From an uncultured virus (IMG/VR IMGVR_UViG_3300042564_005465) (Duplodnaviria > Heunggongvirae > Uroviricota > Caudoviricetes): 64,000 nt of DNA. This document shows, one piece after another, positions 17,950-27,277 of the stretch. Under the pieces are notes generated by a model. It was not told where the DNA came from and ran no database searches. It was given only the letters and a program-made list of their open reading frames with translations. The stretch lies in the IMG/VR virus record IMGVR_UViG_3300042564_005465, one strand, 5' to 3'. Position numbers and translations under genes: made by a program. Position 1 is the first letter of the stretch; every line of letters begins with the position of its first letter.

Positions 17950-18381
17950 ATGACTTTTGACAACGGTCAAATGACTTTGATACATCTTGTAAGCTTTCCG
18001 TCCTTGTGGTTACCACCTCCCAAGACTATAAAAGCATTGATAGTTGGCCTCGAGCAACAAGCTATGGAAGAGCTTGTTGCTCATTGCCAAAATGATTTTG
18101 CTGATTACAGTTTTGCCTTTTACTATTTGTCCAGCATGGACTTAAGTCAAACAGATATGATTGACTGGCTTATTATCAATCAAAACCATATGGATGGTTC
18201 CTTCATACAAGTAAGCGACTGGTCAACACTGTCCTTGGCGTTATCAGGCAAAGGTTTGGTCAGAATTGGCCAAGAACAAGCAAGTGCAGAAATACAAAAA
18301 TTGGCAGAATATGCAGGCCAAAAATGTGCATCCTTAAACACATTTATCCTTGAATTAACAACATATAGTAGGAAGGTATGA
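17950..18381 (+). CDS. Hypothetical protein
   Basis: 143-aa ORF coupled to clpX (ATGA overlap). Confidence 0.55.
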   Translation: MTFDNGQMTLIHLVSFPSLWLPPPKTIKALIVGLEQQAMEELVAHCQNDFADYSFAFYYLSSMDLSQTDMIDWLIINQNHMDGSFIQVSDWSTLSLALSGKGLVRIGQEQASAEIQKLAEYAGQKCASLNTFILELTTYSRKV

Positions 18382-19628
18382 CCACAAACATCAAAGCTCT
18401 ACATTATTGTAGTTTTTGTGGAAAAAACCAAACTCAAGTAAAAACACTCATTGCAGGTAGTAATACATTTATTTGCAGTGAATGTATTACCTTGTGTATG
18501 GAAATTATCAAACCACAAGACGAACAAAATGTACACATCATTCCCAAAGAATTAACGCCTCCCAAAATTGTTGAGTATTTGGATCAACATGTGATTGGGC
18601 AAAAAAATGCCAAAAAGTCATTGGCTGTGGCAATTTACAACCACTTGAAGCGTGTCAACAATCCAGTTGTGGATGGTGTCAGTATTGACAAAAGCAACAT
18701 TATGATGATTGGCAACAGTGGTGTTGGCAAAACTCATATGGTCAAAACCCTAGCCAAAATCCTGGAAGTGCCATTTGCTGTGGTTGATGCCACCAGCCTA
18801 AGCCAAACAGGATATGTGGGATTAGACCCAGAGGAGTGCCTTGCACGTCTATACCAGGCTGCTGAGAACAATATGGAATTGGCAGAAAAAGGCATTGTTT
18901 TCATTGATGAAATTGACAAGATAGGGCGCAAAGGAGAGAACGTAAGCACTACTAGAGATGTCAGTGGCGAAGGTGTCCAACAAGCTCTTTTGAAAATTAT
19001 TGAAGGCAGCGATGTGAAATTCAGTCCCATGGGCGGCCGCAAGAACCCCAACGGTGAGTTTGTTACTATGAACACACAGAATGTGTTGTTTATCGTTGGT
19101 GGTGCATTTGAAGGACTTGACAAAATCATTGAGGCACGTTTGGATGAAAAAACCAGTGGTATTGGATTTTTAAGTGCTACTAAAGAACAGCACAGCCCAG
19201 ATAAGACCCAGCGTTTGATGAGTCAAGTAACAACGGAAGATCTCATATCATTTGGTATGATTCCTGAACTTTGTGGGCGCATACCTGTTATCTTGAGTTT
19301 TGACGATCTTGATCATGATACATTGAAAAAGATTTTAGTGGAACCAAAAAACAGCATTGTTAAACAATTTCAAAAACTGTTCCAACTAGATGGCATCAGT
19401 TTGGAATTTGAAGATGATGCAGTGGATGAAGTTGCCAAGCAGGTGCTGACCAAAAAAACTGGCGCCCGAGGGTTGCGTGCTGTAATTGAACGGGTGTTGA
19501 TGGAAAGCCAATTTCAAATCACCTCCTTGCGCGATCAAGGAGTCACTGACTTAACAGTCACGCTGGATAATGTTCAAAACCTCACTCCCTTGAAACAAGT
19601 GTTGACTGATGAACACTCCCAGCTATAA
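18378..19628 (+). CDS. clpX: ATP-dependent Clp protease ATP-binding subunit
   Basis: CSFCGK zinc finger, GVGKT, IDEIDK, RDVSGEGVQQALLK, IGF loop, GARGLR. Confidence 0.97.
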   Translation: MTTNIKALHYCSFCGKNQTQVKTLIAGSNTFICSECITLCMEIIKPQDEQNVHIIPKELTPPKIVEYLDQHVIGQKNAKKSLAVAIYNHLKRVNNPVVDGVSIDKSNIMMIGNSGVGKTHMVKTLAKILEVPFAVVDATSLSQTGYVGLDPEECLARLYQAAENNMELAEKGIVFIDEIDKIGRKGENVSTTRDVSGEGVQQALLKIIEGSDVKFSPMGGRKNPNGEFVTMNTQNVLFIVGGAFEGLDKIIEARLDEKTSGIGFLSATKEQHSPDKTQRLMSQVTTEDLISFGMIPELCGRIPVILSFDDLDHDTLKKILVEPKNSIVKQFQKLFQLDGISLEFEDDAVDEVAKQVLTKKTGARGLRAVIERVLMESQFQITSLRDQGVTDLTVTLDNVQNLTPLKQVLTDEHSQL

Positions 19629-20223
19629 TCAGCGAGTAAACAGAAAGGACCGAGACAACTCTATGAAAGAACCTGCCATGCTGGCCAACGACCGCATCCG
19701 TGCGCCTGAGGTAAGGCTGATCGACGCTGAAGGAACAAATGTTGGTGTTGTGAAAACCAAAGATGCGTTGTTTCAAGCACAGCGAGCTGGACTTGATCTG
19801 GTGGTAATCAATCAACAATCTACACCAATGGTGGTGAAGATTTTGGACCTAAACAAGCATCTCTATGCACTGAAACTTGCTGCCAAAGAGCGTGCTAAAA
19901 AGAGTCGCGAAAGCGAGGTTCAAATGAAAGAAATTCAACTTCGCCCTGTGACTGATAGTCACGATATCAATGTCAAAGCCACTAAGGCACGTGATTTTCT
20001 AGCAGACAATTGCCGAGTCAAAGTTGTTATCAAGTTCCGTGGCAGAGAAATGAGTTTCACAAAACTGGGGTTTGGGGTAATTGATCAGTTTGTAAGCCTT
20101 GTGGGCAATTTCAAATATGAAAAAGAACCCAGCATGCAAGGTAATAGCATTACTGCTATCTTGGTTGCCAACAAACAGATACCAGCATCAACACCAGCAC
20201 CAAAAGACGCAACAACCCCTTAA
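19609..20223 (+). CDS. infC: Translation initiation factor IF-3
   Basis: NDRIRAPEVRLID...GLDLV...KEIQLRP...KVVIKFRGRE; start could be 19663. Confidence 0.95.
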   Translation: MNTPSYNQRVNRKDRDNSMKEPAMLANDRIRAPEVRLIDAEGTNVGVVKTKDALFQAQRAGLDLVVINQQSTPMVVKILDLNKHLYALKLAAKERAKKSRESEVQMKEIQLRPVTDSHDINVKATKARDFLADNCRVKVVIKFRGREMSFTKLGFGVIDQFVSLVGNFKYEKEPSMQGNSITAILVANKQIPASTPAPKDATTP

Positions 20224-20230
20224 ATAGGGC

Positions 20231-20926
20231 ATGCGTATCCAAGATTTAACCAATACAAAGTTACTGCCTCGCCCAGATGAATTGGGCGAGGCATATTTTT
20301 ACATTGACAGTCAGCTTGTTGATGTGGGCAGCTTTCGCAATCATCGAGATTGGCTTGTTGCGCACAGCGGCCAACTGCGCTTACCTGATTACGTAAAAGA
20401 AAAACCTTCCAAAGCCCTTTGGGAAGGATATCGCACGGGCATTATACGTTTGGTTTGGGACAAAGGTGGCAAATGGAAAACTGGCCAAGGTCACAAACAA
20501 GGCAATGTGCTGTATGTCAATGGCTTTGATCGTGATGTGTGGAAAAATATTCAAAAGATAATGAATGAACCCTGCTGGCAAGGTCATATAGACACAGTGG
20601 TAATTGAGTATGTGAGAGAAGTGAACGGCAAGCCCAATTGGTACCACACTGACATATTCAAAGGTGGTGCGCTGGAGAGTTTGTACAAAGGCCGCCGCCC
20701 ACGCAGAGAACGCCTCCCTCCTGATGCTATATATGGTGGTCATGAAGGTTATTACGAAAGCGTAGCTAAGAATCGTCTCGTTAACCACTGGAACGACACA
20801 TTGGAAACTCCTGTAATGGAAATGTTCAATCAGCATTTTGTTTCCACGGAATTTTTTGACATGCTAAAACATGTGCCACATAATAAATGGGTGTTGCAGT
20901 CACACAATTACGCTGTCTACACATAA
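20231..20926 (+). CDS. Hypothetical late protein with MRIQDL N-terminus
   Basis: TAAATA 4 nt before the ATG. Confidence 0.65.
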   Translation: MRIQDLTNTKLLPRPDELGEAYFYIDSQLVDVGSFRNHRDWLVAHSGQLRLPDYVKEKPSKALWEGYRTGIIRLVWDKGGKWKTGQGHKQGNVLYVNGFDRDVWKNIQKIMNEPCWQGHIDTVVIEYVREVNGKPNWYHTDIFKGGALESLYKGRRPRRERLPPDAIYGGHEGYYESVAKNRLVNHWNDTLETPVMEMFNQHFVSTEFFDMLKHVPHNKWVLQSHNYAVYT

Positions 20927-20942
20927 TACACTGTGAGGAAGT

Positions 20943-21167
20943 ATGGACGATTTCCATCTGAATAAAAAAGGCATGACAGTGCGGGTTAACAATAACCACA
21001 TTGAAAGTGCCATCAGCCAACTCAAGCGACGGATGAATCAAGAAGGCGTAACAAAGGAGCTGCGCAGGCGCAGATACTATGAGAAGCCAACTACTCGTCG
21101 TCGTCGTGAGAAAGCCGAAGCAAAAATTCGGTGGCTACGTAAGAAAGCAACTCTTGACCCTTGGTGA
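20943..21167 (+). CDS. rpsU: Ribosomal protein bS21
   Basis: VRVNNNHIESAISQLKRR...ELRRRRYYEKPTTRRRR. Confidence 0.92.
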   Translation: MDDFHLNKKGMTVRVNNNHIESAISQLKRRMNQEGVTKELRRRRYYEKPTTRRRREKAEAKIRWLRKKATLDPW

Positions 21168-21250
21168 CGGACCTGTTTGTTCTCTGCCGGATAATCTCAA
21201 AAAGGAGGCGATAATCTCAATTGCGGAGAACACAAGAGAAAGCTTAAGGC

Positions 21251-21282
21251 AAAATAGGGCTCTTTTTGAGCCCTATTTTTTT
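21251..21282 (+). terminator. Intrinsic terminator
   Basis: AAAATAGGGCTC/GAGCCCTATTTT followed by a T-run. Confidence 0.85.
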
Positions 21283-21322
21283 CTTTGGTTGACAAAAATT
21301 CAACTGTTGACTATAAATAATG

Positions 21323-21393
21323 TGCTGAGATAGTTCAGCAGAAGTGCCTGATTAGGGCTTCAACATAAACTTCGCTTTTATAGGAGGTCAAAT
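21323..21393 (+). promoter_or_regulatory. ROSE-like RNA thermometer candidate in the hsp20 leader
   Basis: Two upstream hairpins, then TTCGCT-TTTAT-AGGAGG. Confidence 0.55.
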
Positions 21394-21864
21394 ATGCGTA
21401 ATACTCTTTCTCTTCAATCAACAAGTTTTGAAGACATGATTCGCGATTTCAATCGCATTGCAGTGGGGTTTGAGCCCACACTGCGCAATCTCAATTCACT
21501 ACGCCAAAACAGTGCAACTACTTTTCCTCCGTATGACTTGGAAAAGATTGGTGAGCATGAATATCGACTCAGCATGGCTGTTGCTGGTTACAGTGCCGCC
21601 GACATTGACATTGTTGAGCACGACGGTGTGCTGACAGTTGAAGGCAAAGTGTCAAATGACGCCAACCGGGTGTATCTACACAAGGGGATTGCAGGACGCA
21701 GCTTCAAGCGTGTGTTTTACATGGACCAGTATGTTCGTGTGCAACATTCTACACTTGAGAATGGAATCCTTGTGATTGACTTTGTTCAAGATGTGCCAGA
21801 GGCACTCAAGCCCAAAAAGATTACAATCAATTCAACACAGCCCAAGGCTATTGAATCAGAATAA
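21394..21864 (+). CDS. Small heat-shock protein Hsp20 (IbpA-like)
   Basis: FPPYD...AVAG...YLHKGIAGRSF...NGIL...PE..KPKKI. Confidence 0.95.
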   Translation: MRNTLSLQSTSFEDMIRDFNRIAVGFEPTLRNLNSLRQNSATTFPPYDLEKIGEHEYRLSMAVAGYSAADIDIVEHDGVLTVEGKVSNDANRVYLHKGIAGRSFKRVFYMDQYVRVQHSTLENGILVIDFVQDVPEALKPKKITINSTQPKAIESE

Positions 21865-22404
21865 TTATTTTGGTGGCAGTGCGCTAGACATGGGAACCAA
21901 CCCATGTCTAGCATCATCTTCATAATAACCAAAGCCAGCTGCAACGCCTTTCAACTGCCTTTTAAGCAAAGAATCTTGTCCACTTGAGTCTTCACTATCT
22001 GATTCAAATGACTTCTCTACCCAAATGGGACTATTTTGATCTTTGATGCGCTTTTGAAGTTCAGTAGCATCTCTCTGGCCGCTTTCAGAATAGGCTTTGG
22101 AATACAGCCGAGGCACCAACAGGTTCCCAGATTGCTCTATTATAACATAATATATTGCACCAAGGTCTTGTTTGCTGGGATTGGGTTCACGAGACATTGT
22201 GTGAGCCAAAAGAAATTTGTTTGGTAACGGTGCCGTGTGGGCATAACCTTGCGTAATAAACCAAATTACATTTGCACTGATACCCACAGCTAGTGAACTT
22301 ACAATCAAGAGAGCTTTCACACTCCAATGCCAGTGGCTCCAGATCAAACTCACAGCTAACAAGAGGAAAATACTGGTCAAGAGAATCAAAAACAGTGTGC
22401 CCAT
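21865..22404 (-). CDS. Membrane protein, third gene of MotA-like cluster
   Basis: Two N-terminal TMs, PRLY motif, C-terminal LPPK. Confidence 0.65.
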   Translation of the reverse strand: MGTLFLILLTSIFLLLAVSLIWSHWHWSVKALLIVSSLAVGISANVIWFITQGYAHTAPLPNKFLLAHTMSREPNPSKQDLGAIYYVIIEQSGNLLVPRLYSKAYSESGQRDATELQKRIKDQNSPIWVEKSFESDSEDSSGQDSLLKRQLKGVAAGFGYYEDDARHGLVPMSSALPPK

Positions 22405-22409
22405 AGTTC

Positions 22410-23063
22410 TTACCTTGGTGGTGCTGGTGGAATGCCTGGAGGCGTGTTCAAGCTGGGTGTCACAAGCTTGACGTCTCTTGTTGTGTCAAAACCTGACAGC
22501 CACTTGGCAGATGAGATATCAAAACGCACCACATGAGCCTCTTGCGCTATGCGATGTAAGGTAACAACTCGTTCAAACGCTGTGTGGACTTTGGGGTTCA
22601 ATAAAATAACTTCCAGCTTGACTTCAACAGGTGTGGGTGTGCGAGCATTATAATAATGCACATTTACTATCCACTCTCCCGGCACTGGTGTGCGAAAGGC
22701 CACAACTTCTCTGTTGTTGACTACAACCACACGTTCATTGTTGATCATGCTCCAATCACTTGCTACGCCTCGTGCATCACGCTCTAGATTGGCAAAACAC
22801 GCTTCTTTACGCACGTAATTTAACTGGTCACCGTTGGGGCAGCGAACATGCACGTCTATATCAGCGTCTGTGCTATTTGACCAAGTAACCACCAACATGG
22901 CAAAAACAGGAGGGGTGTATCCTTCTGTTTCATACTTTTTGTTTGAATCAACACTCATTAGCATGAGTCCCAAGAAGGCCAGCACTAACAAAGCTTTCAA
23001 CATAGTCAAAGCAAAGTTTGCCAGGATAGTGGCCCCACTGTTGCTTTGTGTGGGAAATTTCAC
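22410..23063 (-). CDS. Single-TM protein with YfaP/DUF2135-like periplasmic domain
   Basis: TW...DADIDVHVRCP...LERDARG...NRE...PGEWIVNVHYY. Confidence 0.65.
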   Translation of the reverse strand: MKFPTQSNSGATILANFALTMLKALLVLAFLGLMLMSVDSNKKYETEGYTPPVFAMLVVTWSNSTDADIDVHVRCPNGDQLNYVRKEACFANLERDARGVASDWSMINNERVVVVNNREVVAFRTPVPGEWIVNVHYYNARTPTPVEVKLEVILLNPKVHTAFERVVTLHRIAQEAHVVRFDISSAKWLSGFDTTRDVKLVTPSLNTPPGIPPAPPR

Positions 23064-23599
23064 CTCACTTGGCCTTGATTTTTCAAGAAGTCAATCACAG
23101 CGTTTTGATGCAAGCGGCTGTGAAAGTCTAGGAAAATTTTCACTAAGATACTGATGGCTGTGGGGAAAAATGCAATGGCGATACCAGAAAACATTTTCAA
23201 CAAGTGTGGTTGGATGGTGTTGATATCAAAACTTGTCAAGCCAAAAAATGGCATCAGCGCCAAGATAACTCCAATCACGGTACCAAAAATACCAGCTGCC
23301 ACAACTATTTCGCTCATGAAACTTACAAAGCTGTGCTTGTTCCAGAGGGTGTCAGGATCAATTTGTGATATAAGCCCACCATTTTTGAGTTCAGTAATCT
23401 TTCGACTCAACCCAATAAGTTGAATTCCACCAGCAATTTCTGTGAACAGCCAAATACCAAAAATAGCTGTGCTCAAAAATGTGAGATCATAATTCCAAAT
23501 CAAGCCAAATAATCCAGTGCTGGCTGCTGTCAACACTGTTCCAGCCAATACCACAAGGTAGGCTAACCAAAATAATGCGTGTTTGTGTGCCTCTATCAT
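23060..23599 (-). CDS. MotA/TolQ/ExbB proton-channel-like membrane protein
   Basis: GIFGTVIG...GIAIAFFPTA TM pair. Confidence 0.7.
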   Translation of the reverse strand: MIEAHKHALFWLAYLVVLAGTVLTAASTGLFGLIWNYDLTFLSTAIFGIWLFTEIAGGIQLIGLSRKITELKNGGLISQIDPDTLWNKHSFVSFMSEIVVAAGIFGTVIGVILALMPFFGLTSFDINTIQPHLLKMFSGIAIAFFPTAISILVKIFLDFHSRLHQNAVIDFLKNQGQVR

Positions 23600-23664
23600 A
23601 ATAGCTTATTTAACATACCAAAATCTCATAATAAGCTTGTATAAGGATATACAAGGGTAGGGTA

Positions 23665-24252
23665 ATGAAAAAAATAGTATTTGTGGGCGGGCCCGGGAGT
23701 GGAAAAAGCACTATTTCAGCAGAAGTTTTTGTAGAGCTGAAAAAGCGTGGGGCCAATGTTGAACTTGTTACAGAGTGGATTCGGCAAGATCTTTGGATCA
23801 ACGGACCAATGACTACAATTTGGGAACAGTTTCGCACCTACGCCAAGCAGCGAGAAATTGAAGACAGTGTTCCCACAACTGTAGATTGGGTTGTTACAGA
23901 CAGCGGAACACTGACTCCCTACTTTTACGCTATTGAATACTGCGATCAAAAGGATCCCAGACAAAGGTTGGTGCTGCATGAGATGTACAATCGATTGGTT
24001 ACTGACATTTTTACCAACCGATACACTCATATTTTTTACTTGCCCACAACAGAAACATACAAACGCAACAGCAATATCTTAAGTGACGGCACTAGGTTCC
24101 AAACTCTGGAACAAGCTAACAAACTGGATCAAAACATGCGAAGCACTTTTTGTGAGATGATCAAAAATGATTCAGTCTACACTGTAGATGTGCCTCTTGA
24201 AGAGAGAAGCCAGTTTGTTCTTGACAAACTGGGATTTGGCACACAAAAATAG
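23665..24252 (+). CDS. NadR/Ttd14-like (AAA_28) P-loop kinase
   Basis: GGPGSGKST, ELVTEW, VTDS, R-FQ. Confidence 0.8.
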   Translation: MKKIVFVGGPGSGKSTISAEVFVELKKRGANVELVTEWIRQDLWINGPMTTIWEQFRTYAKQREIEDSVPTTVDWVVTDSGTLTPYFYAIEYCDQKDPRQRLVLHEMYNRLVTDIFTNRYTHIFYLPTTETYKRNSNILSDGTRFQTLEQANKLDQNMRSTFCEMIKNDSVYTVDVPLEERSQFVLDKLGFGTQK

Positions 24253-24273
24253 TCTTATCCAAGGAATATTTTT

Positions 24274-24600
24274 ATGAGTGCAACTCAAACTGAAATTGAT
24301 ACCAAAACAACAACCAAAACCGAACTAAAGCCTCCCAGTCTCTATGATGTTATTTTTTTCAATGACAGCAAAACTCATTATGAGTTTGTTGTTTTGATTT
24401 TGATGCATATCTTTGGCAAGAGTTATGAAACTGCTATGGAGCTAACCAACCAAATCCATGATAAGGGCAGAGAAGTAGTAGCCACATATTCATACGAAAT
24501 TGCCTCCACCAAAAGAGACGAAACCATATCTACTGCACGAACAAATGGCCATCCATTGCGTGTGGAAATTGAACCCAACAGCAATGGAGACGACATTTGA
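24274..24600 (+). CDS. clpS: Clp protease adaptor ClpS
   Basis: PPSLYDVIFFND..T.YEFVV...IH..G...EIA...HPL. Confidence 0.92.
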   Translation: MSATQTEIDTKTTTKTELKPPSLYDVIFFNDSKTHYEFVVLILMHIFGKSYETAMELTNQIHDKGREVVATYSYEIASTKRDETISTARTNGHPLRVEIEPNSNGDDI

Positions 24601-25130
24601 CCAACTTTAACTATTTCAAAACACAAGATATGGCTTTGGCTCCTCAATACAGCACCGAACAAGCCAGTTGTTTTGATCTATGTGCTTGTCTCGTTCCTGA
24701 ATCCAGCATAACTGGTTTCAATAGGTTCAATGAGAAAATTTGGAGCGAAAGCGTTGTCAGCAGTAGTGGGTCAATCACCTTGTATCCGCAAGACCGGATG
24801 TTGATCCCAACTGGATTAGTGTTCAATATTCCAGATGGTTACAGCATCCGCATTCATCCACGCAGCGGCATTAGCTTCAAAAATGGCATACAATTGGCCA
24901 ACTGTGAAGGTGTAATTGACAGCGACTACTATCACGAGACGTTTGTTGCACTTGTTAACATAAGTGACGTGCCTTTTACTATCAAACACGGTGATAGAAT
25001 TGCACAAGCTGAACTAGTGCAGGATCTTGGAGCCAAGTTTTCAGAAACAACAGAACGTCCAGAAATGCGAACCAATAGACAGGGTGGATTTGGTAGCACT
25101 GGAATTGAAACAGTGGAGAAAAAGCAATGA
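24597..25130 (+). CDS. dut: dUTPase (trimeric)
   Basis: FDL, IPTG, PRSG, GVIDSDY, GDRIAQ, GGFGSTG. Confidence 0.95.
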   Translation: MTNFNYFKTQDMALAPQYSTEQASCFDLCACLVPESSITGFNRFNEKIWSESVVSSSGSITLYPQDRMLIPTGLVFNIPDGYSIRIHPRSGISFKNGIQLANCEGVIDSDYYHETFVALVNISDVPFTIKHGDRIAQAELVQDLGAKFSETTERPEMRTNRQGGFGSTGIETVEKKQ

Positions 25131-25507
25131 CTGAAATCCCCTATGCTGAAAGCATCTTAAACAATCGTAAAACCAATCAATGGTTTGTTCAGTTTTTCAA
25201 AGATCAAGATGGCTTACGAAATCAAGCAGTGTTTGATGCTCACACAGATTGGTTCAATGCCAACTTACTGAGTTGCCGTATGGTCACAAGTGTTGGAGCC
25301 CCTACTGAAAACACAGGATTTTATCATGTGAATTTTGTAAATCAAGATGATCCCAGATTAGCACTCTATCAGCAGGCATTTGAAAACGACGATGGCAGCA
25401 GCAAGCATCCTGAATCATATCAACTGTATGAGTGGGATTACAACAATTGGGTTGAGCGGGGTGGTCCCCTTGAATTCGCTGAGTTTGAAAAAAACAAAAC
25501 TCGTTGA
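25127..25507 (+). CDS. Hypothetical protein
   Basis: 126-aa ORF coupled to dut. Confidence 0.6.
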   Translation: MTEIPYAESILNNRKTNQWFVQFFKDQDGLRNQAVFDAHTDWFNANLLSCRMVTSVGAPTENTGFYHVNFVNQDDPRLALYQQAFENDDGSSKHPESYQLYEWDYNNWVERGGPLEFAEFEKNKTR

Positions 25508-25563
25508 CGTAAGGTTTGTTGGCGCTTACAACCTAGTGAGCGCAACAAAGCAAGGACACGTTT

Positions 25564-27231
25564 ATGAGTATTACCAAGTTGGCTGAGCCCAAGAAAAAAA
25601 TCACCAAGTCGTCACCTGGCACTTCCCTATTGTTCAAGCATTTTCGCACACAACTTGTGAAAGACACGCACACTGGTGTGGAAGAGCTTGTGGTGGAAAT
25701 GAACCGTGCACCGTTGCGCGACATTTGCCGGCAGTATCTGAACCTTGAAGGGCTCTATGACGATGTGCCAAAGATCCATGCCACTATGCTGTTTGATTGC
25801 ATTGATCGACTGCGGCAAGCTGCCCGGCGAGAAAAAAGTGCAGCCGTTGAAGAGCTGCTAAAGCTCCTCGAACTGGAAAACAAACAGGCACTGGGTCGCC
25901 TCCAGAATCAACTGGACAAGGGGGTCATTAGCTTTGGGCTGCTGAGCCATTTGTTCAACAGCGGGACCGAAATTGTTGTCATGAATGACGAGCCGCTTGC
26001 TGGTGTGGTTACAGATACACGATATCGACAAAGCCTTTTTGGCGATTATCTGGAAATCTTTTTTGAACGCCTGGAAAGTGACGGCAAGGAAATCAGCACT
26101 GTTCGCGACAGCGTGCGAGTGCAACGATTCTCCGGACTTCGTGAGGTAAATCGGCTTTCAGTTCGCATTCTGGACGCACACTGGCGAGAAGTGCTCACTG
26201 CTCGTGGGCGCAAGTATGTGCAAGTGGCCCAAGGTGCTCACTACCAAAACTACACTGGCCAAATGCAGATCAAGGGTTGGTGGAGTTGGAGTCCTCTGCG
26301 TGCAGATGGGCGCATCATGGTTGACATCAAGACCTATAACCAGTTTTGCAGTCGCGATAGCGATGATGACAGCGATTATGACGGTGACGACTCTCATGAC
26401 AACACAGTGTCTGAAGATCAGCTGTGGCGTTGCAGCCCTTATATCCTCGGCTTCAGTTTTGCCACCAAGCAATGGGGTCGTTTTTCTGTCAGCCGCATTC
26501 AAGACATTCAGTTCCGAGATGCAGCATTTGATCAGCTTGTGCTGGCTCCAGAAAAGAAGGAGCTGATTCGGAGCCTTGTGGTTGACAGCAGCAGTGGGTT
26601 CCAAGACATTATCAGCGGCAAAGGTGGTGGCTGCATCTTTCTGCTGCATGGCGAACCAGGTGTGGGCAAGACCCTTACTGCTGAAGCTGTTAGCGAACTG
26701 CTGCACCGTCCACTCTACTCTGTAAGTGTTGGCGAGCTGGGAGTTGACATCGAAAGCCTTGAAAAGAACTTGCGTCGCATCCTTGATGTGGCACAGATTT
26801 GGGATGCAGTTATTCTCATCGACGAGGCAGACATTTTCCTTGAAAAGCGAGGAAATGACATTGTTCGAAATTCCCTCTGTGCGGTTTTCTTGCGTCTTTT
26901 GGAATATCATCAGGGCGTAATGTTCCTCACCACCAACCGTGTGAAGGAATTTGATCCAGCTTTTTATAGCCGAATCTCAATTGCACTTCGTTATGGCAAT
27001 CTGCAAGCTGAGGCGCGAGAACAGGTTTGGACCAACCTACTGGCTGCTGCTGGTATTGATGGCTTGGATCCTGCAGAACTGGCTGAGGTTGAGATCAACG
27101 GGCGACAGATCAAAACGATCATTCGCCTAGCACAAGGCCTTGCGCGTCAACAAGGTGTGCCTGTGGGGATTCAACATGTGAACCAAACACTGGACATTGG
27201 GCGTCAATTTTTCGAAGACATCAAAGCCTAA
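25564..27231 (+). CDS. AAA+ ATPase
   Basis: GEPGVGKTLTAE, LIDEADIFL, FLRLLEY, LTTNR, NGRQIK. Confidence 0.92.
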   Translation: MSITKLAEPKKKITKSSPGTSLLFKHFRTQLVKDTHTGVEELVVEMNRAPLRDICRQYLNLEGLYDDVPKIHATMLFDCIDRLRQAARREKSAAVEELLKLLELENKQALGRLQNQLDKGVISFGLLSHLFNSGTEIVVMNDEPLAGVVTDTRYRQSLFGDYLEIFFERLESDGKEISTVRDSVRVQRFSGLREVNRLSVRILDAHWREVLTARGRKYVQVAQGAHYQNYTGQMQIKGWWSWSPLRADGRIMVDIKTYNQFCSRDSDDDSDYDGDDSHDNTVSEDQLWRCSPYILGFSFATKQWGRFSVSRIQDIQFRDAAFDQLVLAPEKKELIRSLVVDSSSGFQDIISGKGGGCIFLLHGEPGVGKTLTAEAVSELLHRPLYSVSVGELGVDIESLEKNLRRILDVAQIWDAVILIDEADIFLEKRGNDIVRNSLCAVFLRLLEYHQGVMFLTTNRVKEFDPAFYSRISIALRYGNLQAEAREQVWTNLLAAAGIDGLDPAELAEVEINGRQIKTIIRLAQGLARQQGVPVGIQHVNQTLDIGRQFFEDIKA

Positions 27232-27234
27232 ACA

Positions 27235-27266
27235 AAAGTGTGGATGCTGTAAGGCATCCACACTTT
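27235..27266. terminator. Hairpin terminator
   Basis: AAAGTGTGGATGC-TGTAAG-GCATCCACACTTT. Confidence 0.75.
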
Positions 27267-27277
27267 AAATACTCTCG

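Noticed and set aside
5950..24600. Bacterial chromosome origin for dnaK/clpX/infC/rpsU
   Set aside because: The usual operon partners are missing, and the genes are interleaved with phage structural genes, TAAATA boxes and rIIA/rIIB.
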